IMG/VR virus record: IMGVR_UViG_3300027769_001114
Location: 32,001-96,000 of that record
Strand: one strand, 5' to 3'
DNA from: a virus
Length of the DNA: 64,000 nucleotides
The notes under the pieces are model-generated. The model was not told where the DNA came from. It did no database searches and was given only the letters and a program-made list of their open reading frames with translations. The position numbers were made by a program, and so were the translations under genes. Shown one piece after another: positions 30,111-41,065 of the stretch; the first letter of the stretch is position 1, and each line of letters opens with the position of its first letter.

Positions 30111-33100
30111 CCACGAAACATCTCAGTGGCATAACCGTTCCCTCTATATCCGTTGACGGAATAGAACTTGACCCCACGGGTGCTGTGACCGGGCAAGTTC
30201 TGCGTTATGACGGTACAAAGTTCGTCCCTGCCGCCGCCGTTGATGGTGTCGTCATCACATCTGCCCACGACGGACAAGTACTGATCTATAACGGCACGAA
30301 CTGGGTCAACGGGTCGTACCCGACGCACGAACCAACCGGCCACGAGGACGCATCGCAGAGCGAACTTGACTTCGACACAGGGACAAGGATCTTCACGATC
30401 TCCCCCGTTACAACATCTCATGCGGTATGGGTGAACGGAAAAAGGTATGTCAAGACGACTTCCGAGAGCGTCACGTTCCCGAATACCTCTGCTCTCTACT
30501 TCGTCTACTACAACTCGTCCGCCACGCTCTCGTACTCAACCTCGTTCTTTGATCTCAAGACACAAGCACCGGTTGCCTATGTCTACTGGAACTCAACCGA
30601 TGCCACCGACCACTTCTTTGCGGACGAGCGCCACGGCATCGTCATGGACTGGGCAACGCACGAGTATCTTCATAGAACCAGGGGCGCGGCGATCGCCAGT
30701 GGTTTCGGGGCGAACGTTTACAGCACTACTGGCGACGGCTCACTTGACGCTCACGCTCAGATTGACATCTCCAACGGCGTGTTCTTTGACGAAGACAAGA
30801 AGATTGAGATCACGCACTCGGCCTCGCCGGCGTATCACTCATTCCAACAAGTACTTCAGGGCGGTGCGGAGATCCCGATCTTCTACCGCACGAACTCCCA
30901 TTACAGGAGGGATTCCGCAACCAAGTTCCCTATGAAGCAGGGGACGGCGAGAGTCGCCTACAACCGTTACAACGCCGGGGTATGGTCAACGCCCGACATT
31001 GACAACAACAAGTTTGGTGTCACCTTCATTGTGGCGACAAACGACCTTCATGCCCCCGTCATCGGTATGCTCGGTCAGGCGCAGTACACCGATCAGGGTT
31101 CAGCCGAGGCGGCGAAGTGGGAGGACATGAACCTCTCTGACTTCCCGGTCTACGAGTTCCGCCCCCTGTACAAAATCGTCTATCAGACCGCCAACGCCTA
31201 CGACAACACCCCAAATGCAAGGATCACCGCAGTCATTGACATGCGCGTGGCAACGACGACGGGTGGCTCCGTCCCGACAACCCCTGTTACCGATCACGGC
31301 TCAATGACCGGCCTCTCGGACGACGACCACACGCAGTACCTGACCGACGTAAGACACGACGCGCTTGACCACAGCACGGCTCTTGGTTCAACGGCACTTG
31401 ACGACATCGGCAATGTAGTCATCACCGATCCCGACGGACTAGATGTTTTGCAGTGGAACGGCTCAAACTGGGTTAACTCACAGGTCATTGGGCCACAAGG
31501 TGCGCAAGGCGCACAAGGCGCACAAGGAGCGCAGGGAGCACAAGGCACTCAGGGTGTTGACGGCTCACAAGGTCCACAAGGTACTCAGGGAGTTGAAGGA
31601 CCACAGGGTTCAACCGGCGCACAAGGCGATGTTGGCCCACAGGGAGCAGAAGGTTCGCAGGGCGCAGAAGGGCCACAAGGGACACAAGGTGTGCAGGGTG
31701 CCGATGGTGCGCAGGGTTTAACTGGCGCACAAGGGGCGCAGGGTGCTGATGGTTCACAGGGTCCGCAGGGATACACGGGTCCTCAGGGCGATGCTGGACC
31801 ACAAGGCCCGCAGGGAGACCAAGGGGCGCAGGGATCACAAGGTGCTCAAGGGGCGGTTGGTTCACAAGGACCACAGGGCGACAGTGGACCTCAAGGTTCG
31901 CAAGGTCCTCAAGGCGATGTCGGCGCACAAGGTGCTACTGGACCTCAGGGTGCCAATGGCGCACAAGGCTCGCAGGGTCCGCAAGGGTCTCAAGGCGATG
32001 TTGGTTCACAGGGTGCGACTGGCCCACAAGGTGCTACCGGGAGTCAGGGTGAAACAGGGTCACAGGGTTCAACTGGCCCACAGGGTGCAACCGGCCCACA
32101 AGGTTCAACAGGTTCGCAAGGAGCGACCGGAGCACAGGGCGAACCAGGACCCGAAGGAACTCAGGGTCCGCAGGGTTCTATTGGTTCAACAGGCCCGCAG
32201 GGTCCGCAGGGGGAAACAGGAACACAAGGACCGCAAGGGCCTCAAGGAGAAGCGGGTTCACAGGGAACAACGGGGTCACAAGGACCTCAAGGGGCTGACG
32301 GACCACAAGGACCTCAAGGGGACAATGGACCGCAAGGCTCACAGGGAGACAATGGCTCACAAGGGCCACAGGGTGCCGACGGTCCTCAAGGTTCGCAAGG
32401 GGCCGACGGTCCTCAAGGTTCGCAAGGCGTCAACGGTCCGCAAGGAACTCAAGGACCACAAGGTGCCGAGGGCGCACAAGGCGCACAAGGTTCACAGGGC
32501 TCAACTGGCCCACAGGGTGCGACCGGTGGTAGTGGATCGCAGGGTGCAACGGGTCCGCAGGGTGCCACCGGGCAATCCTCGAGCTTCTATAAGTACAAGA
32601 TCAGCACCGGCTCTACGAGTGGCAATCCTGGCACTTCGTATGTCACATATAACAACTCTGCACAACTTTCTGCTACGCAGCTTCAGATCAACCATGTTGA
32701 CCTTGATGGCTATGACATTGACCTTTTCCTTGGTGTCATATCAACTGGTGATGTTATTTACATTCAGGACTCGAGCAACTCGGCAAACTTTCAGAAGTGG
32801 ATTGCTAACGGAACTATCACCGACCACGTCAACTCGTGGGTTGATGTGCCAGTCTCATACGACTCGTCTGGTGGCACGGGCGCGACGGGGTTCTCTAACG
32901 ACACCAACATTCTTCTAGTTATTGCCAACATTGGACCCCAAGGTCCGCAGGGTGCGACTGGTTCTCAGGGTGCGCAAGGTGCAACAGGTGCTCAAGGCCC
33001 GCAGGGTGATGTGGGAGCGCAAGGTGCCGTTGGTGCTCAAGGTGCTAATGGTTCGCAGGGTGCAACCGGAAGTCAGGGTGCAACCGGCCCGCAGGGTCCC

Positions 33101-34069
33101 GCTGGGACAAACGGAACAAATGGTGCTCAGGGAGCAACTGGCTCGCAAGGTCCACAGGGTGCAACCGGCCCGCAGGGTCCCGCTGGGACAAACGGAACAA
33201 ATGGTGCTCAGGGAGCAACTGGCTCGCAAGGTCCACAGGGTGCAACCGGCCCGCAGGGTGCAACCGGCCCGCAGGGTGCTGCCGGGACTAACGGGACCAA
33301 TGGTGCTCAAGGAGCGACAGGTTCTCAAGGCCCACAGGGTGCCGCTGGGACTAACGGAACTAACGGGACCAATGGCGCACAAGGTGCGACAGGAGCAACT
33401 GGCAGTCAGGGTCCTCAAGGTGCCACCGGGTCAACTGGGTCGACGGGGTCACAGGGTGCGACTGGCCCACAGGGTCCCGCCGGAACCAACGGAAATAATG
33501 GGGCACAAGGTGCGCAAGGTCCGCAGGGTTCCGCCGGAACCAATGGCAACAATGGGGCACAGGGCGCACAAGGCGCACAAGGTCCGCAAGGTCCAGCTGG
33601 AACCAATGGAAACAATGGCGCACAAGGCGCACAAGGTCCGCAAGGTCCAGCTGGAACGAACGGAACCAACGGAGCACAAGGAGCGCAGGGTCCACAGGGA
33701 GCAACTGGTCCAGTTGCTGGATCAGCAAATCAGGTCGTCTACAAGGACGGCTCAAACGCCGCTGCAGGTAGTGCAAACCTCACATTTAACGGCACCGACC
33801 TTAGCCTTGGTGGAAGACTTAATGTCAATGGCTCGTCAGGTGACGAGGGTGGCGAGATAGTCCTGATCAAAGCACAGACCAACACCACGCTCATAGGTGG
33901 GGTAGTTGTTGATGTGTATCGAGACAAACTCAGGCTCTATGAGCAAGGTGGAACTAATCGTGGCTTCTCTATGGATATGTCTTCCGCTGGAGCCTCTGTC
34001 TCAAGCATTGTCGCAACAACAACAGATGTGAGAGACGAACGCATTAGGTTCCTAATGGAAGTTATCTAA
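30107..34069 (+). CDS. Collagen-like long tail fibre
   Basis: Two long Gly-X-Y tracts (~31490-32575 and ~32930-33710) dominated by [12 protein letters not shown]. Confidence 0.9.
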   Translation: MTTKHLSGITVPSISVDGIELDPTGAVTGQVLRYDGTKFVPAAAVDGVVITSAHDGQVLIYNGTNWVNGSYPTHEPTGHEDASQSELDFDTGTRIFTISPVTTSHAVWVNGKRYVKTTSESVTFPNTSALYFVYYNSSATLSYSTSFFDLKTQAPVAYVYWNSTDATDHFFADERHGIVMDWATHEYLHRTRGAAIASGFGANVYSTTGDGSLDAHAQIDISNGVFFDEDKKIEITHSASPAYHSFQQVLQGGAEIPIFYRTNSHYRRDSATKFPMKQGTARVAYNRYNAGVWSTPDIDNNKFGVTFIVATNDLHAPVIGMLGQAQYTDQGSAEAAKWEDMNLSDFPVYEFRPLYKIVYQTANAYDNTPNARITAVIDMRVATTTGGSVPTTPVTDHGSMTGLSDDDHTQYLTDVRHDALDHSTALGSTALDDIGNVVITDPDGLDVLQWNGSNWVNSQVIGPQGAQGAQGAQGAQGAQGTQGVDGSQGPQGTQGVEGPQGSTGAQGDVGPQGAEGSQGAEGPQGTQGVQGADGAQGLTGAQGAQGADGSQGPQGYTGPQGDAGPQGPQGDQGAQGSQGAQGAVGSQGPQGDSGPQGSQGPQGDVGAQGATGPQGANGAQGSQGPQGSQGDVGSQGATGPQGATGSQGETGSQGSTGPQGATGPQGSTGSQGATGAQGEPGPEGTQGPQGSIGSTGPQGPQGETGTQGPQGPQGEAGSQGTTGSQGPQGADGPQGPQGDNGPQGSQGDNGSQGPQGADGPQGSQGADGPQGSQGVNGPQGTQGPQGAEGAQGAQGSQGSTGPQGATGGSGSQGATGPQGATGQSSSFYKYKISTGSTSGNPGTSYVTYNNSAQLSATQLQINHVDLDGYDIDLFLGVISTGDVIYIQDSSNSANFQKWIANGTITDHVNSWVDVPVSYDSSGGTGATGFSNDTNILLVIANIGPQGPQGATGSQGAQGATGAQGPQGDVGAQGAVGAQGANGSQGATGSQGATGPQGPAGTNGTNGAQGATGSQGPQGATGPQGPAGTNGTNGAQGATGSQGPQGATGPQGATGPQGAAGTNGTNGAQGATGSQGPQGAAGTNGTNGTNGAQGATGATGSQGPQGATGSTGSTGSQGATGPQGPAGTNGNNGAQGAQGPQGSAGTNGNNGAQGAQGAQGPQGPAGTNGNNGAQGAQGPQGPAGTNGTNGAQGAQGPQGATGPVAGSANQVVYKDGSNAAAGSANLTFNGTDLSLGGRLNVNGSSGDEGGEIVLIKAQTNTTLIGGVVVDVYRDKLRLYEQGGTNRGFSMDMSSAGASVSSIVATTTDVRDERIRFLMEVI
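33074..33235 (+). repeat. Exact 81-bp tandem duplication in the collagen tract
   Basis: 33074-33154 equals 33155-33235. Confidence 0.85.
33689..33994 (+). repeat. Copy 2 of the ~305-bp module shared with the spike gene
   Basis: [15 protein letters not shown]...GGTNRGF occurs in both proteins. Confidence 0.9.
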
Positions 34070-34093
34070 CCACGACGCTCGTAGTATGCGGTC

Positions 34094-34900
34094 ATGATCT
34101 CCATATGTACGCCTATCCATAACACTCCGCCCGACATGCTTGCAAGGACATGGGCAAGTCTCAAGGCTCAGACATTCACCGATTGGGAATGGGTCATCTG
34201 GGACGACGGAACGAACGACGAGGCATGGCGACAGGTCTATGGCTTTGCTTCTGACGAGAGGTTCAAGATCGTGGCACACCGTTCGCACGTTCACTCTGGC
34301 TCGATTGGCACAGTCAAACGCAGGGCGTTTATGGTTGCTGAGGGGGACATCCTTGTGGAACTTGACCACGATGATGAACTCACGCCCGACTGCCTTGGCG
34401 AGATTGCCACCGCCTTCTCTGACCCCACGGTCGGATTCGTGTACTCAGATTGGTGCGAGATCCTGCCGGATGGGCAGTCAGGGAAGTATCCCCCGGGCTG
34501 GGCGTTCGGATACGGATCGGAGTATTGGTCAGAACAACACAATGTCTGGGTCATGTCCGCACCGCCGATCAACCCCGAGACCATCAGGCACATTGTGTCT
34601 GCGCCAAATCACGTCAGGGCGTGGAGGTCGTCTGTCTATAGGGCTCTCGGCGGACACGACACATCCTTGCCAGTTGCCGATGACTACGACCTGGTCGTGA
34701 GGACATTCATCGCAACGAGGTTCGCCCACATCCCAAAGATGCTCTACAAGCAACACATTGGGCCGTCTACGGCGCAACGGGTCAGGAACGGCCAGATACA
34801 GCAACTCGTCGCCGAAATATCTGCCAAGTACGACCCATTTATCAGCGAAAGATTTGTACAGCTTGGCCCGATTGACGGCGTTATTGTCAATAATACATAA
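34094..34900 (+). CDS. Glycosyltransferase family 2
   Basis: ISICTPIHN, WEWVIWDDGT, ELDHDD, ADDYDL..R; TAGTAT 6 nt upstream (leaderless). Confidence 0.92.
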   Translation: MISICTPIHNTPPDMLARTWASLKAQTFTDWEWVIWDDGTNDEAWRQVYGFASDERFKIVAHRSHVHSGSIGTVKRRAFMVAEGDILVELDHDDELTPDCLGEIATAFSDPTVGFVYSDWCEILPDGQSGKYPPGWAFGYGSEYWSEQHNVWVMSAPPINPETIRHIVSAPNHVRAWRSSVYRALGGHDTSLPVADDYDLVVRTFIATRFAHIPKMLYKQHIGPSTAQRVRNGQIQQLVAEISAKYDPFISERFVQLGPIDGVIVNNT

Positions 34901-34970
34901 CCAAGAAACTGATCTAGCCTAGTCGTCTGAAGACCGTCCGCGTTGGGCGACGACCACGGAGAAGCGAAAA

Positions 34971-36431
34971 ATGGCAAAGTTCCTGACGAGCATTGACCTT
35001 CAGAAGAATCAACTGATCAAGGCGAGGATCGAGAACCTTGCGGACGACCCGGGTACGCCGGTCGCTGGTCAGATCTATTTCAATACCGGCTCAAGCCGTT
35101 TGCGTTACTACACCGGTTCGGCTTGGATTGAACTTGACTCGGCTGTTGAGTCAATCACGGCAGATGCACCCCTGAGCGTTGAAGTTGAAGGCACTACCGT
35201 CACCATCTCTATCTCTGAGGCAAACTCAAGTACTGACGGCTTCATGACCATGGAATACGCCGCCATGCTCACCGACGCCACCGACGCAAATACCGCCAGC
35301 AAGCTCGTCAAGAGGGACTCCAACGGTGACTTTGCGGCCAATATGATCACCGCAGATCTTACGGGTGATGTCACCGGTGAAGTATCGTCACTCGCCAACC
35401 ACGACACCGACGATCTTGCAGAGGGTACAACCAATCTCTACTACCTTGATACGAGAGTACAGGCCAACAGGCTTGATCAGATGGCGGCCCCAACGAGTAG
35501 CGTCTCGTTCAATAGTCAGAAGATCACCAGCCTCGCCGATCCGACCAACCCTCAGGATGCCGCCACTAAGGCATATGTTGATGCCGCTCGGCAAGGGCTT
35601 GATGTCAAGAGGTCAGTCCGCGCTGCCACAACTGGGCCCGTCACATTGGCTACGGCTCTTGAAGCTGGCGACACAATCGACACGAACGTCACTCTTGCCA
35701 TCGGTGATCGCGTCCTTGTCAAGGATCAGGCAACCGCATCGCAGAACGGTATCTATGTCGTCAAAGCCTCCGGTGCTCCCGATAGGGCTACGGATGCCAA
35801 TGGCACCGCCGACACAGGTACGGTCTCTGGTGGCACATTCACCTTCGTAGAAGAAGGTCTCGTCAACGCCGATAGTGGCTGGGTTGTTTCAAGTGACGGC
35901 CCGATCACCGTTGGCACCAACCCTATGAACTGGGTGCAGTTTTCTGGAGCCGGGCAGATTATTGCTGGTGATGGTCTCACCAAGGATGGCAATACACTCA
36001 ATGTTGGTGGAACGACCGACCGTATTACTGTCGGTGCAAACGCCGTGGACATTGCCGGTACGTATGCTGGTCAAAACACAATCAGCACCCTCGGCACGAT
36101 CGTTAATGGTGTTTGGAACGGCACGGCTGTGGCGGTTGCCTACGGTGGAACTGGAGCGTCCACTGCGGCCGACGCTAGGGCAAACCTTTCGGCTACCACC
36201 AAGTACGCCACCAATATCACGGGAACCGGAGCGGCGACAAGCTTCACCATCACTCACTCGCTCAATACGACCGATGTCGTCGTCATGATCTACGACACCC
36301 TCTCGGGTAACAACGATGTCGTCTATGCCGAAGTCAGGATTGCGTCGGTCAACACGATTACCGTCCTGTTCGATCAGGCTCCAGTTGGCGGCGGAACTCC
36401 GCAGACATACAGGGTCGTTGTCGTCGGCTGA
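34971..36431 (+). CDS. Tail fibre / virion structural protein
   Basis: DAATKAYVD...K.SVRAATT...GDRVLVKDQ....NGIYVV; C-terminal ITHSLNT.DV. Confidence 0.8.
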   Translation: MAKFLTSIDLQKNQLIKARIENLADDPGTPVAGQIYFNTGSSRLRYYTGSAWIELDSAVESITADAPLSVEVEGTTVTISISEANSSTDGFMTMEYAAMLTDATDANTASKLVKRDSNGDFAANMITADLTGDVTGEVSSLANHDTDDLAEGTTNLYYLDTRVQANRLDQMAAPTSSVSFNSQKITSLADPTNPQDAATKAYVDAARQGLDVKRSVRAATTGPVTLATALEAGDTIDTNVTLAIGDRVLVKDQATASQNGIYVVKASGAPDRATDANGTADTGTVSGGTFTFVEEGLVNADSGWVVSSDGPITVGTNPMNWVQFSGAGQIIAGDGLTKDGNTLNVGGTTDRITVGANAVDIAGTYAGQNTISTLGTIVNGVWNGTAVAVAYGGTGASTAADARANLSATTKYATNITGTGAATSFTITHSLNTTDVVVMIYDTLSGNNDVVYAEVRIASVNTITVLFDQAPVGGGTPQTYRVVVVG

Positions 36432-36440
36432 TAGTGCCGG

Positions 36441-37103
36441 TTAGGCCGTTCCCACTATGAAGTTGCGGTAGTGATCGGCATGTCGATCGTCCCACGGGCT
36501 GTAACAGAACGAACTGACGATGTGCTTGTCGCCCGATAAGGGGATTCGCCCGCCGTGAGGATAGTTGAACCCGGTTGGGAATATGGCGACTCTTCCAGCC
36601 CTTGGTCGTACTGCGTATTCGTGTAGGTCAAACCATGTCTCGCCGCCACGTTCAACATCGTTGAGGTACAGAATGACTGCGACGACACGTTCGTTCAATG
36701 GCGGCATGTCAAATGGGGCCCCGTCAATGTGGCTCAAATAACGCCCTGATCCCTTTTCGTACTTTTGATATTGGTAGCCAGTGTCGTAACGGTTGATCCA
36801 GTTTTGTAGATGGAAAAAACGAGAGCAGTACTCAGTAAGGAGTGGAGAGAGGTGTGAGAACAGAACATCGTTATATGTCCCAAGTTGGGCTTTCTGATCT
36901 CCCTCTGCCCTATTGTTGTAGGCCGAAAGCCATGTGTCTGTTGATCGTTTTACATTCCTGTCGATGCCACCTACCGTCAGCCCGTCGTACGTCAGGTGCT
37001 GATTGGCCTCAATATAGGCAACAATCTCCGCACAGATATCTCGGTCAATCACATTGTCCGCGACGCCGATTGCCGAGGCTATTCCCAATGGAAACTCAAT
37101 CAC
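36441..37103 (-). CDS. Fe(II)/2OG dioxygenase, prolyl-4-hydroxylase-like
   Basis: Y.SHID...ILYLNDV..GGET.F...FP....YPH.G...K; GTG start overlapping the upstream stop. Confidence 0.9.
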   Translation of the reverse strand: MIEFPLGIASAIGVADNVIDRDICAEIVAYIEANQHLTYDGLTVGGIDRNVKRSTDTWLSAYNNRAEGDQKAQLGTYNDVLFSHLSPLLTEYCSRFFHLQNWINRYDTGYQYQKYEKGSGRYLSHIDGAPFDMPPLNERVVAVILYLNDVERGGETWFDLHEYAVRPRAGRVAIFPTGFNYPHGGRIPLSGDKHIVSSFCYSPWDDRHADHYRNFIVGTA

Positions 37104-37881
37104 GGCCGCCTTCTTTCTCGGCAATCTCCGCGTCCACTTTGACTTTGTGCATACGATATGGACGCGCTGTCGACCCGCCCGATGGGTGAAGCGAACCATT
37201 ACCAAAACCCCTGCCCGCCAACAACCTGTGATATTCAGGCCCGCCAAAGATTATTTTGTTCGTGTCAGCAGAACGCTTAAAGGGAATGAGGTGCGCAATC
37301 GGATACCCATAAGGTATTGAGAAGTCCTCCCCTGCAAGAGGATTTAGAACCACATTCATAGTGTGGTAGAAGTCGGTATGAATAACAGCCGGAGTGACGG
37401 TGAAGTTTGGTGACGGCTCGTACAGATTGGGCAGGATGATCGTTGACCAGCCTGGTGCAGTTCTAAAGTAGTACGGCGTTACAATCTTTGGATAGAAAGA
37501 CTCTTCTACCTGTCTTACCGAGGTCATCGGACACTTCCCGGTCTGCTCGTGGGCAAATGATCGCACGTAAAACTCGTACTGATCCTTACTGGCCTCGGTC
37601 TCTGAAAAGTTGTCCCAGTTGACGGACCAGTCATTTCCCTCGGGAGACAACTTCATCCTGATATTCGTCCATAGTGGCAATGTGACACCCATCGCCATGT
37701 AATCAGAAATACCAGCACAACGCCTGACGGAGCCAGGGAACTTTCCGATTGACCTGAACCATGATGGTGGTCTTGAGAGTTCGTTCACGAACGGTGGCAT
37801 TTCAAGCAACCTGTCGTCGTGGTAACTAATAAACAACTCCCCAGGCTTAATCTTCATGCCTGAGTAGCGTGGTCGTGGCAT
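37096..37881 (-). CDS. Conserved phage protein (DUF6065-like, possibly dUTPase-like beta fold)
   Basis: RRC.GI.D...TAPGWS...PAVIHTD.Y...G.PIAHLIPFKR; start re-called at ATG 37881 right after the halogenase stop. Confidence 0.6.
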   Translation of the reverse strand: MPRPRYSGMKIKPGELFISYHDDRLLEMPPFVNELSRPPSWFRSIGKFPGSVRRCAGISDYMAMGVTLPLWTNIRMKLSPEGNDWSVNWDNFSETEASKDQYEFYVRSFAHEQTGKCPMTSVRQVEESFYPKIVTPYYFRTAPGWSTIILPNLYEPSPNFTVTPAVIHTDFYHTMNVVLNPLAGEDFSIPYGYPIAHLIPFKRSADTNKIIFGGPEYHRLLAGRGFGNGSLHPSGGSTARPYRMHKVKVDAEIAEKEGGRD

Positions 37882-37882
37882 C

Positions 37883-39370
37883 TCAGTTCGTTGTTTCGAG
37901 GAGCGCCTGAGCGTGGTCAACCAACTCATGTGAGTACCTTTCTCTGCGTCGTTCATTCATGTCGTAGTCAACTCGCTGACGCAACCCCATGTTGTGTATT
38001 GCGAGTCCTGCCGCCTCGGGGTTCAATAGACCCTGCCCCTGAGCAACATGGAAAAAGTGAGGGGCGAGGAACATTTGCCCGTTTTCGTGTGGGACATCCA
38101 TTCTTGACGGCGTCCTCTCGGACCACAACTCTAGGAGCTCAGCAAGTGTGTCGTTAATCGGCATCTCCGAGCAGGCACGCCAGAACGGAGTGTGTGCGTT
38201 ATCGGACATGTAGTGCATCCTGATCATCGTGAGGATGTTGTCCATCATTGCGTCCATGTCGGAGTTGTACTTCTTTTGCATTGCTTTGTTACCTGGCTTG
38301 TAGGCAGCGACCGATGGTATGAGAAGCCTCAGTTGTTGAATAGTCGAACCTATTGAGGTTGCCTCTAGAGGTTCAACGAACGACGAAGCTAGACCGATGG
38401 CGCAACAGTTGTTAGCCCAAGAACCCTTCATGTAGCCAGGATCAAACTTGAACCGCCTAGCCGGCACGACACCACGACCCACGACGGAGGCAACCTCGTC
38501 AACAGCCTGCTCCTCCGTCAAGAAGGCGGAGCTATAGACATACCCGTTCCCTCTTCTCTCTTGTGTCGGTATCTCCCAAACCCAACCGGAGGACATTGCT
38601 CTCGCTCTTGTGTACGGACGTATCTGCCCAGAAGGGTCGGAGAGCGTTGGGAAGGCAATAGCAGAGTCGCATAGGAGATACTTGCTAAAGGATTGCCACT
38701 CCGCAGTCTCGTACTTGCTTATCAAGACGCGAGAAAAACCGGATGCGTCTATCCAGAAATCTGCCTCCACATCCGCGTCATTTACGGTCACAGAAGTGAT
38801 GTTGTTGGAGTCAGGGTCGAATGAGATCTCGCCGACATCGCCGTCCACAAACCGTATCTGTCTCACGACGCACAGTTCGGTGAAGTATGAGTTCAGCTTG
38901 AAAGTGTCAAAGTGGAACTGATTAGTGTTCCCGTGGAGGTTTTCCCTCCTGATCTGATTCCTGACAAGGCCGATTGACGATGTCTGACTTGTCAGCGATT
39001 GTCCGGCCTCCAAGAAACCCATATAGGTTGCGAACAACTGAAAAGCGTAGATTGTCTCGTCGCCCGAGACGCTGTGAAAGTAGTCGGGAAAGGTACTTGA
39101 CCATCCCTCAAACCTGATCCCGTACTTGTGGGTCGCCCCCGTCTTGGCAATCATTTCATGCACGGGTATGCGGCAGGTATCCATGAACTGCTTCCAATGC
39201 TCAGTACTTCCCTCGCCGACGCCAACAATACCGATGGTGCTCGACGAGACAACGGTGATGTCGGAGTTTGGGAAGGCGACCCTGAGCATGAGGGCGGATA
39301 TAAGACCGGCTGTTCCTGAGCCGACTATTGCGAACGAGATTGGTGCTTCGGTCTCTACTTCTTTATACAT
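37883..39370 (-). CDS. Flavin-dependent halogenase (tryptophan halogenase/PrnA family)
   Basis: IVGSGTAG, GVGEGS, THKYGI.F, HFD, DASGF, GWVWEIP (WxWxIP), FVEPLEATSI. Confidence 0.92.
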   Translation of the reverse strand: MYKEVETEAPISFAIVGSGTAGLISALMLRVAFPNSDITVVSSSTIGIVGVGEGSTEHWKQFMDTCRIPVHEMIAKTGATHKYGIRFEGWSSTFPDYFHSVSGDETIYAFQLFATYMGFLEAGQSLTSQTSSIGLVRNQIRRENLHGNTNQFHFDTFKLNSYFTELCVVRQIRFVDGDVGEISFDPDSNNITSVTVNDADVEADFWIDASGFSRVLISKYETAEWQSFSKYLLCDSAIAFPTLSDPSGQIRPYTRARAMSSGWVWEIPTQERRGNGYVYSSAFLTEEQAVDEVASVVGRGVVPARRFKFDPGYMKGSWANNCCAIGLASSFVEPLEATSIGSTIQQLRLLIPSVAAYKPGNKAMQKKYNSDMDAMMDNILTMIRMHYMSDNAHTPFWRACSEMPINDTLAELLELWSERTPSRMDVPHENGQMFLAPHFFHVAQGQGLLNPEAAGLAIHNMGLRQRVDYDMNERRRERYSHELVDHAQALLETTN

Positions 39371-40056
39371 ATTGTTTGTGCTATGAAACCCGGGAGGTGA
39401 TACATCAGCACATCCCCTCTTTCTCTTATTTCTGAGTGTATGTGGTGCGACAATGATTCGTCAAGTGCCGTGTACAGTTCGCCACCATTACCAGAGTTCT
39501 GTAGAACCATGACCTTGCCCTGTGGGAGAGCGTCAATGATTGCGTGAAGCAGTTGCTGATCGCAGGCAACCATATGTAGCAAGACTTGCGCATAGTCAAA
39601 CTCAACAAGACCGTCAACTAATGCCTCATACGTTGTCATCTCCACATTTGGGATGAGTGAGGTGTCGCAGTACCTCTCCATGAGTTTGGTCTGAAGGTTA
39701 GACGGAGTGACAACCTGATTCACGACATTTGCCACGATTGCAATCGTCCCGGGTGCCCCAATGATGAGAGCCCTAGTCCCCTTGCCGAGCATGGCGAACA
39801 TCTCTTCAAGGAGGTTCAGTCCGTCCATGAAGGGGGCAAACGACTCCCCGCCCTCTGTCCCCATGAGGGAGGCCAGATAGAACTCGTCACTACCTTGCAA
39901 CACCCTTTGGTCAACCCCGGTTGAGAGCCATTCTCCGTGAACAATCTGGCAGAAGTCAATCAAGGATTGTTGAGTTGGGAACGCGTTCGGACGCCCGACC
40001 CTTGTGCTCTGTTCAAGAACCTGCTCCATGGTCACTACGGTCATTGGCTTGGTCAT
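39355..40056 (-). CDS. Degenerate class I SAM-methyltransferase-like protein
   Basis: RALIIGAP (motif I-like), FD, L..GKVMVL; canonical acidic residues missing. Confidence 0.4.
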   Translation of the reverse strand: MTKPMTVVTMEQVLEQSTRVGRPNAFPTQQSLIDFCQIVHGEWLSTGVDQRVLQGSDEFYLASLMGTEGGESFAPFMDGLNLLEEMFAMLGKGTRALIIGAPGTIAIVANVVNQVVTPSNLQTKLMERYCDTSLIPNVEMTTYEALVDGLVEFDYAQVLLHMVACDQQLLHAIIDALPQGKVMVLQNSGNGGELYTALDESLSHHIHSEIRERGDVLMYHLPGFIAQTICIKK

Positions 40057-40286
40057 GAGGCACTCCCGTTCAGATGTTGAATCATCGTAAGAACATAGAT
40101 GATGTTCCTAAGTTCTACTTTTGCTCGACGCAACTCTCCACCAGTTAGGTAGGTGTTAAGGCCGTCCCTGATAGTTGTGTAGTTATCAGCGGTGATCGCT
40201 GTTTCGTCAACCATGGCTAGATCACATAGATACGCAACCCTGGCCGCAACATACTTCATGTGCGATGCCTCGTCATGCTCAATCAT
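40053..40286 (-). CDS. Small helical hypothetical protein
   Basis: ATG 40286 with GAGGGGGAG SD; overlaps both neighbours. Confidence 0.65.
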   Translation of the reverse strand: MIEHDEASHMKYVAARVAYLCDLAMVDETAITADNYTTIRDGLNTYLTGGELRRAKVELRNIIYVLTMIQHLNGSAS

Positions 40287-40485
40287 CAGACTCCCCCTCA
40301 ATGATCATTGGGCCAAGTGTGTCAAACACCGAACACCCTGAGATGCCACCTCCAGCGGCCCAGTTTATGAGCCTAAGTTTTGGCCCCGACGCTTCAATGT
40401 AGTACTGATCTTCGTCTGATGTTTCCCCACCGTTCGGTGACGCTGGCAGTCCTGGCATGATTGGTGTATCGCTCATAGTCATCAT
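40279..40485 (-). CDS. Small hypothetical protein (68 aa)
   Basis: Starts immediately after the dioxygenase stop and overlaps the next gene. Confidence 0.6.
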   Translation of the reverse strand: MMTMSDTPIMPGLPASPNGGETSDEDQYYIEASGPKLRLINWAAGGGISGCSVFDTLGPMIIEGESDD

Positions 40486-40486
40486 C

Positions 40487-41065
40487 CTAGTGATACCAGG
40501 TGACAAGTGAGTACTTTGTCCCCTCGGTCGGGCCAGCAGTATGAGCATAGGGAAAGTTTGACGGGAACATCACAACCCTTCCTGTCTCGCACGGAACGGA
40601 CACGTCAAAGTACGGGAAGGTGAGTTCGCCTCCCGTCCCCGAGTTGGACAAGTAAGCAACGCAACTGAATGTTCTTTCGTTGCCGGGGTAGTGGTCATGG
40701 TGTGTCCTGTACTCTCCCCCGGGCAAATACTTGAGAACCCTCCAGCCCTCATGAGGGGCTTGATGTATTGAGTGGTACGCAATGAAGTCAGATACACACC
40801 GTTCCACTACAGAGAGAACATCTTTTGAGAAAGTCTCCATGATGGGCGAGGTCGGGTTGGGGCTCATTATCGGGAGCAGTAAGCACTCCTTGGACGAACG
40901 GTATTCGGAGACCGTCCCTTTTCCGGTGCGGGCTTCGTCCCATGACAGCCTGCTCCATTCGTCGGAGCACTCGTCCTCGAGCATCTTGATAAACGCCGAC
41001 GAGTTCATGTCTGTGTCGTAGACATGTATTCCCGGTGCTGGCCTATCAAAAGCCTTGAACATCAA
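40487..41065 (-). CDS. Fe(II)/2OG dioxygenase, prolyl-4-hydroxylase-like
   Basis: LKY..G.EYRTHHD...YLSN...GGEL.F...FPSNFPYAH.A...KYSLVTW. Confidence 0.92.
   Translation of the reverse strand: MMFKAFDRPAPGIHVYDTDMNSSAFIKMLEDECSDEWSRLSWDEARTGKGTVSEYRSSKECLLLPIMSPNPTSPIMETFSKDVLSVVERCVSDFIAYHSIHQAPHEGWRVLKYLPGGEYRTHHDHYPGNERTFSCVAYLSNSGTGGELTFPYFDVSVPCETGRVVMFPSNFPYAHTAGPTEGTKYSLVTWYH

Noticed and set aside
31743-33860. Long Arg/His/Lys-rich alternative-frame ORFs (391 and 312 aa)
   Set aside because: Off-frame readings of Gly-X-Gln collagen codons that lack stops.
20246-33994. The duplicated module as a DGR TR/VR pair
   Set aside because: Mismatches are not adenine-specific, both copies are internal coding segments, and the lectin C-terminus is not included.
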